The translations under genes and the position numbers were made by a program. The notes beneath the pieces are model-generated. The model worked only from the letters and a program-made list of their open reading frames with translations, did not search any database and had not been told where the DNA came from. Positions 13,101 through 25,100 of a stretch of 64,000 bases of DNA are shown here, one piece after another. Each line of letters starts with the position of its first letter. Within the stretch, counting starts at the first letter, position 1. The DNA is from Rhina ancylostomus (taxonomy: Eukaryota), in the NCBI GenBank assembly GCA_030265395.1, contig JARFYF010000001.1, positions 98,920,984-98,984,983 on the forward strand, in the 5' to 3' direction.

Positions 13101-16100
13101 CTTGTAACCTTTTTCTTTGAAGAATGAAATGATTGATGTAGGTCTATTATTTTGCATTATTACATTTGTATGTTTTTCACTTGTACGTAGGGTCAGTCAG
13201 CATGGATATGGTTCATTATTGTGAGAGATTTGTCGAACTTATGATAGATTTGGAGGTAAGCAAATTCTGTTCACATAATGGATGTTGCATATAAATTCTA
13301 AAATGGTTGGTTAGCAAATCAGAATGCGGTAATCTGGCGTGTTATGAAAGTCAAAGTCAAGTTTATTGCCACATGCAGAAGTACATGTATACACAGGTGC
13401 AATGAAAAACTTACTTGCAGCAGCATTCACAAGAAAAACACAGATTAAACATAAATTATATACAATATTTACAAGAAAACACAATTAGGACAAAAAATGA
13501 CCAATTCCATTTCAGTGCAGAGTGGTCATAGTGTTGCTAAACTGTAGTGATTAGGGTTTTGCTGGTTGGTTCAAGAACCGAATGGTTGAAGGGAAGTAGC
13601 TGTTCTTGAACCTGGTGGTGTGGGCTTCAGGCTTCTGGACCTCCTGCCTGATGGTAGCTGCGAGAAGATGGCACGGCCCAGATGGTGAGATGTTGCCTTA
13701 ACTATATTTAGCTGGAATATAATCTGACAGAATATCATCATCATTCTCAACACCTGAAGGATTAGCGACCAATCCCAGCAATACCCCATGTTACCCTTCA
13801 TAACACAGGCATTGGACGTACTGCCTGCACAGCAGTTATCCTCACAAACCTTGTGTAGTCACACATGGCCTCCCCTTCTCAAACTTATGCTGACTATCTC
13901 TAATCAGTGATATTCAGGAGGTTGGGGGGTGGTGGTGGGGACACCTCATTGAAACTCTCGAAGTACTGAAAGATCTGGATAGAGTGGACAGGGAGAAGAT
14001 GTTTCCATCAGTGGCAGAGTCTAGGATCCAAGGGCACAGCCTCAGAATAAAGGTAGGTCCCTTTAGATGAGGAGAAAATCCTTCAGCCAGAGGGTGGTGA
14101 ATCTGTGGAACGTGTTGCCATAGAGGGCTGTGGAGGCCAAGTCATTGGGTGTATTTGAGGCAGAGATTGACAGGTTCTTGATTGGTAAGGGGGTTAAGGG
14201 TTACGAGGAGAAGGCAGGAGAATGGGGTTGAAATAAAAAATCAGCCGTGATTGAATGGCAGAGCAGACTTGATGGGCCGAATGGCCTAATTCTGCTGCTC
14301 TCTCTTCTGGTCTCAGATTGTCCAGTTAATCGTGGTGTTGATCGTAAGAACTATTGCAAAGCGGGATTCCGGTGATCCAGTTTGTCACGTCAAAATGGGT
14401 TGATGTTTTGTTCTTGTTCCCCAGCAGCTTGTGGACTCATCTCTCTTGAACACTTGGCCAGGACTTGGAGGATGCGAGTCGAGTTTCCACACCTTCTGGT
14501 CCGAGTGATGTACAAGTCCCGGTTACGCTATTACGGACGCCCCGGCACCAAGGTGGACTTTCCTTATCAGGTCCGTGACCTCGGCAGCATTCCCCTCCCA
14601 GCATTCTGATGACTGCGGTCCAGAACGTTGCATGCCTGGCAGCATTGCTGTTCACTCCTCAATGCCTGTTAGTTCAAGCAGATAGTGAGGGGCCAAGTGG
14701 GGCTGGAGGTAGCATGGAATCAGGCCTTTCGGCTCAACTGGTCCATGCCAACCAGGATTCCCATCTAAACTAGTCCTATTTGCCCAGGACAGCACGGTAG
14801 CATAGTGGTTAGCCTGATGCTATTACGGCGCCAGGGATCGGGGGTTCAATTCCTGTTGCTGTCTGTAAGGAGTTTGTACGTTCTGCGTGGGTTTCCTCTG
14901 GGTGCTCTGGTTTCCTTCCACATTCCAAAGATGTACGGGTAGGTTAACATGGGTGTAATTGGGCAGCATGGGCTTGTTGCGCTGGAAGGGCCTGTTACTA
15001 TGCTGTAAGTAAAGTTTTAAAGTTTGACCCATATCCCTTTAAACCTTTCCTACCCATGTACCTGTCCAAGTGCCTTTCAAGTGTTGTTAATATCCTGCCT
15101 TCACCACTNNNNNNNNNNNNNNNNNNNNNNNNNNNNNNNNNNNNNNNNNNNNNNNNNNNNNNNNNNNNNNNNNNNNNNNNNNNNNNNNNNNNNNNNNNNN
15201 NNNNNNNNATAGATGTTGCCTTCTTGAGATAGTATCGACAGGAGGCGCTACCAGTGGTGGAGAGGAATGTGCCTGTGATGTATTGGGCAAAATCCACTAC
15301 TCTCTGCAGCTTCTTACATTCCTGTGCATTTAAAATGCTGTACCAGACTATGATGCAACCAGTCAGGATACTTTCAGCAGTACATTTCTAGAAGTTTGTT
15401 GGAGTGTTTGGTGACAAGCCGAACCTCCTCAACCTCCTGAGAAAGTAAAAACTACTGGCACGTTTTCTTTATCATTGCACCTTTGTGCAGAGCCCAGGAC
15501 AGGTCATCTGATATGTTAACGCCCAGGAATTTAAAGCTTCTCTCTCCACTGCTGATTTCCCCTATGTAGACTGGCACATCTTTGCCCTCCTTCCCCTTCC
15601 TGAAGTCCAGAATCAGCTGTTGACTTCAGACATTTTGCTGATGTAAACATGGCTGAACTGGCAACATGAGTTCTGGACTACTGATGCAAGTTCAAATCTG
15701 ATCTCATCACCTGGGAAATTTAAAATCAAGTAATTAATTAACCTTTGAATTTAAAAAAAGTAGTCTCCGTAATAGTAACAATGGAATTACTGGATTGTGA
15801 TTAAAAATCCTTCCAGTGATTAATGTCCTCAAGAAATGAAATCCATAATTCCTACCCAGTCTGGCCTTTGTAACTGCAGATCCACTGGTGTGGTTGACTT
15901 TTTCTGCCCCCTCAGTTCAAGAGTACTTGGGGATGGACGGTAAGTGCTGGCATTGCCAGCAGTGTTCACAAACTCTGAACAAAAGCATCTTTAAAATAAA
16001 AATGACATTGATATGAGTACTTGGTTANNNNNNNNNNNNNNNNNNNNNNNNNNNNNNNNNNNNNNNNNNNNNNNNNNNNNNNNNNNNNNNNNNNNNNNNN

Positions 16101-19100
16101 NNNNNNNNNNNNNNNNNNNNNNNNNNNTGTTCACAAACTATGAACAAAAGCATCTTTAAAATAAAAATGAAATTGATATGAGTACTTGGTTAAATTTGCT
16201 TAGGAATGGATGTTTTAGTTTAGAATTACAAAATAGGATCCTATTATGGATGATTGAAAGACCTGTTTAATTTACACCATTTGTACATTTCTTTAAAGGC
16301 ACTGCTCCCAACTCGACGTTGGTTCAGCACAGTTCTGGATGATTCTCATTTAGTCACTCACTGCTACCTGTCTCACCTTGTCCAGAGGGAAAAGGAAGGA
16401 CGACTTTTCAGTCAGGTGAGTCTTGGCAACAAACAGATACAACCACTTTCACTCATAGTAGGAGAAGACTGGTGATAATTTCCCAACAAGCCTCTTGGAA
16501 ATCCTGGCAGAAAGGGATGCACGTACAAAAAGAGAGGTTGTGGGATTATGTTGTGATGACCGCAGGTTGAGTTTTCACTATAAACTAAAATGTTGGAAGG
16601 AAATAGAAGCTCTTACTCACCTTTTGGACTTCAGCAATGGCACACGTGGCTCCCTGGTCCCCATGACTGAAGCAGGTTGTGTGGAATTGTAACCTCTCAC
16701 CACAAAATCTTTTGAAAAGAGAAAAAAAAAAGTCCAGTATGTTGAGGTTTATTTTTGAACCCTGACTCGGCAGCTGGGGAAATTAAATCAAGTAATTAAG
16801 TAAACTTAAAAGTAAAGAAAAAATGTCAGCAAGAGTAACTGTGAAACTACTGGATTGTCACAAAAATCCATCTGGTTTACGAGTGTCCTCTAAGGAAGGA
16901 AACTTGCCATCCTGAGCCAGACTGGCCTTTGTGACTGTGGATCCACTAGTGTGGTTGGCTTTTAACTGCCTCCTGAGCTCAGGAGCAATGAGCGATGTGC
17001 TGTCATCTGTGACACGTGGCTGAAAGTATCGTCATTGATGAAGCAGCTGAATCAATATTCCAGCCTCAGGAACTCCCGGAATAGTGTCCTGAGGATGGAA
17101 TGATTGGCCAGCACACAAAACCATCTTCCTCTGCATGTAACAGCAAATGTTGGAGTTTTTTCCCAATGATATGCATTGATAGACTCACTCACATTACTAC
17201 ATGTTTGTAAAGATGATCTCAGAAGTACAAGATTGTCATAAAAACCCATTTGATTCACCAAAGTGCTCTGAGGTGGAGCTGAAATTAACATCCTTACCAG
17301 ATCTGGCTTGTATATGACTCTACCAATGTGGTTAATTCATAAATGCCCTTCAAAATTGCAACTCGGACACTCACTTTATGAAGTATGTACCTTTTGAAAT
17401 TGCCTTGTTGATGGCACACACATCATGAAATATATGTAAACAAAATATGAATTGAAAACATTCTTGTGCCATTCATAGCTAGATATGGGATAACTGAAAA
17501 TCTCTGACAGGCTCTGTTTACCCTGGTTGTGCTATTTTTGTAGCTGTGCACGGTACTACTGCTGCAAAACAACGAATTTCACATTATATAAGTCAATGAC
17601 AATAATTCTGATTCTGTTGGTTGTGGTTCTGTTGATTCTGACTGTCGTTGATTCTGTTGGCTGAACCCTTCTTATCTGTTGCAATTAGTTTATTCTGCTT
17701 AGCATTCATATGCTATGTGTTGCAGCTTTCTGGTCGGCATCTCACTTGTAGGTATGTCTGGTGCTATTTTCAACTCCTGTCCCTCGTGCCCTTCTGCATT
17801 CCTCTTTAAACTTGGAATTATCCCCAGGCTTGATTTCATTAGTGAAATGAGGGATATGCCAGGCCTTAAGATTGTAAGTTATGATGGATGTGTTGTGCCA
17901 AAAGTTCCAATCTTGCATGGGTGGAATGGCCTGCTGGTATTACATAGCCTTGCAGTTATAGCTGAGAATGAATCTACTTTTCATTTAAAGAATTTGTTTC
18001 TATTTAAACTGAAATAACCCCAAAATTTCAAAATGTAAAATGATTTTCTGGGGTACTGAATCTTGTGTAAGTATTGCAAGGTAACAACTTGTTTTAAAAG
18101 GTGAGCTGACTTCATAATATTTTGAATATAATTTAGTTCACTGGTAATTTATTAACATTACGTTATAGACAAGTAAAAGTGGTAAACGAAAATTAAAGGA
18201 TCCTCTGCTGTCCTACGAATGCTGGTTGCCCTGAACCAATCTGTTTCTTCCACTGTGATCCTGGGCACAGAATTCTACTGGAAGATTGGCTGCCAGCTCA
18301 TTGATAAGACCAAGGGCTGCTCAGGGTCTTTCTCAATGCATGTATTGACAGCACAGTTTTGGCAGCTGGTGATTTTCTATCTGGAGGCTCACAAAAATAT
18401 TAACATTGTTTATAAAAAAAAGTAAAAATTTTTTTTAATGCACATACACGGATATAAAGTAAGTTTATACAATAAAAAGCTTCAAGTGCCTGGGTGCTAT
18501 TAAATGTGCAGCAGTTGCTGCTGCCTTGCTTGACTCGATGAGAAGTTCAGGAGACCAACACGCACTCAAGAATTGCCCAGTTATGGGGATCCATGTGAAT
18601 TTAGGCAGTAGATTCACCATAGCGGCAAAGGAATAGAGCTACACTTCAGCCTTGGATGTGTGGCATTCAACAACAGGATAGCCAAGGTTATCAGCTATTC
18701 TCAATGAAGAATTTACACAGTGGACTGGATGATAAAAGAGGGAATACAAGTCTGAAATCATTGCACAGAAAACAAGCTAAGGATGAAGGGATAAATGTAA
18801 CTATCAGAACACAAACTTAAAAAAAGCATTGATTTTTATGTATTTGTTTAAAAACAGTTCTGAGGAAATGAAACTACATACTTGTAAACTTATTTTCCCA
18901 GGGCCTAGAAATTTGCTTATCAAGATTTATGACTTAGTACATTATAAAAAGGGTCATACTTCTTAAATGAAAGCTTTGTTGCCGTTCGCGGCAAGGGTAA
19001 GAGAAGACTCTGAGTTGTTGGTGTTTGGTCAAAGCACGTCTTACTAAGAGAGTTGAAAACCGCGCGTGCCCGTACAAATACCTAAGACTCCGCACTGGAT

Positions 19101-22100
19101 GTGACGTCGGTCCTGTGCCGGATGTGACATCAGGGCCTCGCCCGAAGGCCCACCACGTGCGTCGGTTGCGACGCGCTCCTGCGTGATTGTCCGCGGCCGC
19201 CGATGGCGGTTTGACACCTGCAGGCCCAGGTCAGTTCACCACCACCCCCCCTGCCAGAAGCGCCCAATGGGCAATGGGAGCGTGGAAACTTTAGTCTGTG
19301 TGTCTCTTTTAGGCGGTCTGCCCTGCCGGCAGGGAGCAGACGTCTGCACCGGTTGTTCAATGTCCACATGTGCCGGTTTGAGGTGGTCAACCGTGAATGT
19401 CTTCTCTCGGCCCCCCCCACCTCCATGACACACGTGGAGCCGTTGTGCCGGAGCACCCTGAATGGGCCCTCGTATGCCCTCTGCAGCAGTGCTTTTGGTG
19501 CTCCCCTGCGGATGAAAACATATTTACAGGTTCTGAGGTCTCTGGGAATAAAAGATGGTGGTGTGCCACGTAGTGTCTGGAGGTAGGGATCGGTGCCAGC
19601 TTGCCTACCTTGTCCCGCAACAGTGACAGTACCTCCGCTCGGTTTACTGCTGGGTCCTGGGCCTGTGGGATGAATTCCCCTGGGACCGTTAGAGGGGTGC
19701 CGTACACCGATTCCACTGAGGAGGTGCCCAGCCCTTCCTTGGGGGCCGTGCGGATGCCTAGGAGGACCCAGGGGAGTTCGTCTGACCAGTTGGGTCCCTT
19801 GAGGCACGCCATCAATGCCGATTTAAGGTGCCTGTGGAAACGCTCAACCAGGCCGTTGGATTGCAGGCGGTAGGCCGCGGTGTGGTGCAACCGCGTACCC
19901 AACAGCTGCACCAGCGCCATCCACAGGCTGGATGTGAATTGTGCTCCCCTGTCGGAGGTGAGGTCTGCCGGGAGTCCAAAGCTGGCGATCAACTGGTGAT
20001 GAGCGCCCTGGCACACGACTCCATGGACGTGTCTGACAACGGTACGGCCTCCGGCCACCTGGTGAACCTATCCACCATGGTGAATATGTTCCTGGTGCCG
20101 CAGGAAACCGGTAAGGGGCCAACGATGTCCACATGGATGTGTCTGAACCTCTTGAGCGTGGGCTGGAACGGCTGTAGGGGGGCCTTCACGTGCTGCTGGA
20201 CCTTGGACGACTGGCAGTGAATACAGGTCCTGGCCCAGTGTCCGACCTGCTTCCACAAGCTGTGCCAGACAAACTTGTTTGCGACCAGCTTGATGGACGC
20301 TCTAATGGACGGTTGTGCCAGACCGTGCAACTCGCCGAAAACCTGTCTCCTCCACATTGCCGGCACCATGGGTCGTGGTCTGCCGGTGGATGTGTCGTGG
20401 AGGAGCTGAACTGCTGCTGGGCCTATCTGGAGGTCCTCCAGGTGGAGTCCTGAGACGGCGGTGTGGTACGCTGGGATTTCGGCGTCTGCCCATTGTGCCT
20501 GGGCCAGTGCTTCGTAGTCTATGCTGACAGACGCCGTGGTCACGGAGTGGATGTTGGGGCGGGACAGTGCGTCGGCGACCACGTTGTTCTTCCCCGCAAT
20601 ATGCCTGATGTCCATGGTGAACTCGGAGATGAACGAGAGGTGCCTTTGCTGCCGGGCTGACCACGAGGCAGATAGTTCTGCAAAGGCAAAGGTGAGGGGC
20701 TTGTGGTCTGTATACACAGTAAAGCTTCTTCCTTCAAGGAAGTGCCAGGTCGCCAGCACTATATTTCATTTCTGGTCTCAAATGGCGGCTGAAGAACGCA
20801 AGCGGTTTCCACTTGCCCTCAACGAATTGTTCCAGGATGCCGCTGACTGCTGGAAGGTCTGGGCAGTGTTCTTCAGACTGAAGGGCATCCGTAGAAATTC
20901 GAACAGCCCAAAGGGGGTCTTCGGCACGTCTTCAGGGTGTACGGGAATCTGGTGATATCTCTTTACCAAATCAATCTTTGAAAAAATGGTTGCTCCTTGC
21001 AGGTTAGCCGTAAAGTCCTGGATGTGGGGCACTGGGTATCTGTCGGTGGCCGTGGCGTCTTTGAGTCACCTGTAGTCCCCGCAGGGCCTCCAACCCCTGG
21101 CTGCCTTGGGCACCATGTGCAACGGCGATGCCCATGGGCTGTCCGAGCACCTGATGATTCCCATCTCCTCCATCTTGCTGAACTCCTCCTTGGCGAGGCA
21201 GAGCTTGTTGGGCAGGAGCCTGTGGGCTCGGGTGTGCAGCTGCTGCCCCTGCGTGGGGATGTGGTGTTGCCCTCCATGTTTGGTGTCGGCGGTGGAGAAC
21301 TGTGGGGTCACAATGGCGGGGAACTCCATGACTACCTTGGCGAACTCGTTGCCGGAAAGAGTGACTGAGTTCAGGTGGAGGGCTGGTACACGGGTGTCTC
21401 TGAGTTGGAACGTTTGAAATGTCTCCGCATGGACCAGCCGCCGGCCCTTCAGGTCAACCAGGAGGCGGTTGGCTTGGAGGAAGTCCACTCCCAACAGTGG
21501 TTGGGAAACCACTGCTATCGTGAAGGTCCAGGTGAAAGAACTGGTTCCAAGACACAGCGGGATGGTGCGTGTGCCATATGTGCGGATGGTCGTGCCATTC
21601 ACAGCTGAGAGGCCGGGGCCCAGGGTGGCGTTGCAAGTGTCCATGTGGGGGGGAGGGGAGGATGCAGATCTCAGCTCCAGTGTCCACGAGGAAACGCTGG
21701 CTGGAATGACTATCCCAGAGAAAGAGGAGGCTGTCGCGACGGCCAGCCATCGAAGCCACTAACGATGGCCGGCCCCAGCATTTCCCTGGTAAGTGCATGG
21801 CGGGCAGCAGCTGCGTGCATTCAATCCCCATCTTTGATGGTAGANNNNNNNNNNNNNNNNNNNNNNNNNNNNNNNNNNNNNNNNNNNNNNNNNNNNNNNN
21901 NNNNNNNNNNNNNNNNNNNNNNNNNNNNNNNNNNNNNNNNNNNNGCCCGCCGCGCGCGTCAGTTGTGATGCGCTCCCACGTGATCGTCCACGCCCACCGA
22001 TGGCATTTCGATACCCGTGGGCCCGGGTTACTACAGCTTAACAGTTTTGATATTTTTACAGCAGAAGTCATTAAAGTTGAAAGTTTTTTTTAAAAAATTG

Positions 22101-25100
22101 CAGTTCATTTGATTGCATCTGACAGCAACTTGCAAAATGTTGTGTTTATTTATGCATTTGCTGTCAATTTTACAAAAGATTTATTGCATAAATTCCAGAC
22201 ATCTATACATTAGAGATTTCTAATGTGTTGATTTTGTTCAAGTCACCTTGGATTAATGCATTACACATTTCTGGCCTTTGCTCCAAGATCTAATGCAACA
22301 AATTTTACTTTATACCCTGTATCACTGAATTTGAACTCTTTGAGAGTCGGTTTTAGATCTGTCAGAACACGATACAGCCTTTGACTAAACTAGAATTCAT
22401 TTTCTTATTTGTAGTTGTTAGATATGTTGAAGTTCTACACTGGCTTTGAAATAAATGATCAGACAGGAAATGCTCTGACAGAAAATGAGATGACTACGAT
22501 ACATTATGATCGCATAACTTCTCTTCAGGTATGAAACAAGAAAGCTTTTTTTGTGAGGTCTTCATTTCTAGATGGGATTAACTTCATGATAACATTTTTC
22601 ACTAATTTTACCAACATTTTGGCACAGCTTTGAGGGCCAAAGGGCCTAGTTTTTCTACGTTCTAACATGCAACATGAATGATAAGATGTTAACACCGACT
22701 TATGCTTTTATATTGAGAATAAGATACTTGACTGTGTGTCTGAATTTCAACTTTTCTGGTAAGAAAAATACATAAACTGGAATTATTTCCTCATATTTGT
22801 CATAATTTCATATGATACTAGGAAGGAGGCTATTGATACAGAAGGAGGCCATTTGGCCCAGACAGCTCTCAGAGCACCCCAATCTGTTCCATTCCACCAC
22901 TTTTTTTTTCCCCTAAAATCTATTCTCCCTCGCATACTGGAGATCCCTTGATCCTCCCACCACCCAGCTCCACCAGGGAGAATTTACAGTGGAAGGAAAC
23001 CAGAAAACCCGAGGGGTACCCACGTGGTCATGGAAGGATGTGCAAACTCTACATAGGCAAGATCTGAACTCAGGATCAAATCAGTGTTTTGGCAGCAGCA
23101 CATTTCAATGTATGTATGTGCCACATACACGTTTCAAAAAAGCATGACTTTTTGTTTTAAAAAGCTTATTTTTTAAAAAAAAAGATGTCTTGGCACTTTA
23201 TATCTACAGTATGCATTTGGTTTTCAAGAAATTATTTTTTAAAATATATTAAATGTAAGTACTTGCATTTCCTGATGTTGAATTTAAAGTTAATTGTAGT
23301 TAACAATGATTGTTACATCAGTTTCTCTGTGCCAATGAAGATGAGCATTATTTGAAATTATCATAGAAATTTCTAACTTTTAGCTGAAGTTAATTGTGTT
23401 AGAAGTTTTCTCCTCTTTGAAGTGTTAACGTTCTCAATTTACACTGGAGGGCATTTGAAATGAAGCTAGTTGTTTCATATTTTACACGTAAATATCTTAC
23501 CACTCTTGTGAAGAATTTGTCCTTTTTATTGGAATGTTAGTAATTCAATGGATATTCTGATGAACATAGAACAGCACAGTACAGGAACAAGCCCTTCGGC
23601 CCACAATGTGCCAAACTAATTAAACTAGTAGTTAAATGCCTATCTAAACTAATCGTTTCTGCCTATATCCCTCCATTCTCTATCTAAAAGCCTCTTAAAT
23701 GCCTCGATTGTATTTTCCTCCACTACACATCTTCTTTGAACTTACCCCCTCTCATCTTAAATGCATGTCCTCTAGTATTAGAAGTCTGATTGAAGTGATT
23801 GTGCAAGTCTGAAGAGATTTATTGATTTGCATTGCAGAGGGCAGCATTTGCTCACTTTCCAGAACTACATGATTTTGCTTTGTCTAATGTGGCAGCAGTT
23901 GATACTCGAGAATCTCTTGTGAAGCACTTTGGATCACTCAGGTAGGTGATTTTTAAATTCTTGAAGTGTCTGCAACTGCTTCTGCATATCTTTGAGTTCA
24001 AGTGATATTGAATAATATTTGCGTTACAAAAACAGATGTAGCTGTTAGATGGGTGGATCGGCTAAGGCCAGGATTGACATGGTGATAAGCTATTGATGTA
24101 TCCATCTGATTGATAGTTCAATGAGAAAATTTGGAGAGAACACAAAGAGACATGAAAAAATCCATGAAATGCTGAGCTGTAGGAAATGTCCACCAGGTCA
24201 GGCCCCACCAAACTTCTTTCTAAACCTTGGCTTCTTTGTCATAGTGAATAGAGCCTTTGATCACATCTTGTCTTTTTCCAGAGCCTCTGCTCTCGCCCCC
24301 TCTCCTGGACAGAGCAAGAACGGAGTTCCCTGGGTCCTCGCTTTTCACGCCATCAGTCTCAGCACTCAACTAATCATCTTTCACAATTTCTGCCAGCTCC
24401 AACAAGATTCCCCTGCAATATTCCCCTCCCCTTTCAGCATTTCAAAGGGACCATTCCTTTCATGATTCCATGGGTAACTCTTCCATCTCCTCCAGCCATT
24501 CCAGGTCTTGTGGGATTCTCCCATGCAACTACAGGAGATGCAATACCTGCTCTTTTACCATGTCCCTTCCCACAATCCAGGGATCCAATATCCCTACCGT
24601 GTGATTTGCTTGCATTTCTAATCTAGTGTACTGCATGCAATGCTCCACAATGTGGTCTCCTGTACACCGAAGATGTGGTGGACCTGCATTAGGTCTGCAG
24701 GACCCTCCAGTTGCCAGTCACTTTCTCCATCCCACTCCCACTCTGATCTACCTGTCTGTAGCCCGCTGCGCTGTTAAAACAAGGCACAAAGTAAGCTGGA
24801 AAAGCAGCACATCATCTGTCACCCGCTCCATCTTCTGGTCTTTCCCCCTCCGCCCCCTGCTCTCTCCATCCTCTTGCTTTCTCCGGTATCAAAGTTCCAC
24901 ATTCTAACCACTGCCCATCTCAACTGATATTTCAAGTTTAATGAGTTTCAACATTTTTTTTGTGTTTTTTATTCTTCTGTAAACTTGCACATAACTTGTG
25001 TTAAGATCTTTGCATGGATGTAAAATGCTAAATTACTCGTTTTCCAATTACAGTCCCAACACACTCCACAAAGTGGCATCATACCTTTGTCTTTTGCCAA

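Larger units (their letters stand above)
18977..22035 (-). mobile_element. Ty3/Gypsy LTR retrotransposon, decayed and internally deleted
   Basis: TG...CA termini with 4-bp target duplication GCTT (18973-18976 and 22036-22039); two homologous LTRs; PPT next to the 3' LTR; domain order gag end - protease (FLVDTGAE) - RT ([27 protein letters not shown]) - RNase H (VYTDHKPL) - integrase ([32 protein letters not shown]). Confidence 0.95.

Noticed and set aside
14606-14650. CTGATGA...GAAC as a hammerhead or SECIS candidate
   Set aside because: No GAAA box or consistent stems, and an intronic location does not fit a SECIS.
14787-14860. tRNA-like A and B boxes (also at 49123 and about 57990-58057)
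   Set aside because: They are SINE heads continuing into a V-domain, with no complete cloverleaf.
16553-16670. Possible C/D snoRNA (GTGATGA...CTGA); similar box pairs at about 11319, 29674 and 53123
   Set aside because: Weak or absent terminal stems, no recognisable rRNA or snRNA guide and atypical spacing; such motifs are expected by chance.
19183-21968. Many overlapping plus-strand ORFs in the GC-rich block
   Set aside because: They are antisense shadows of the GC-rich Gypsy pol, with no independent motifs.
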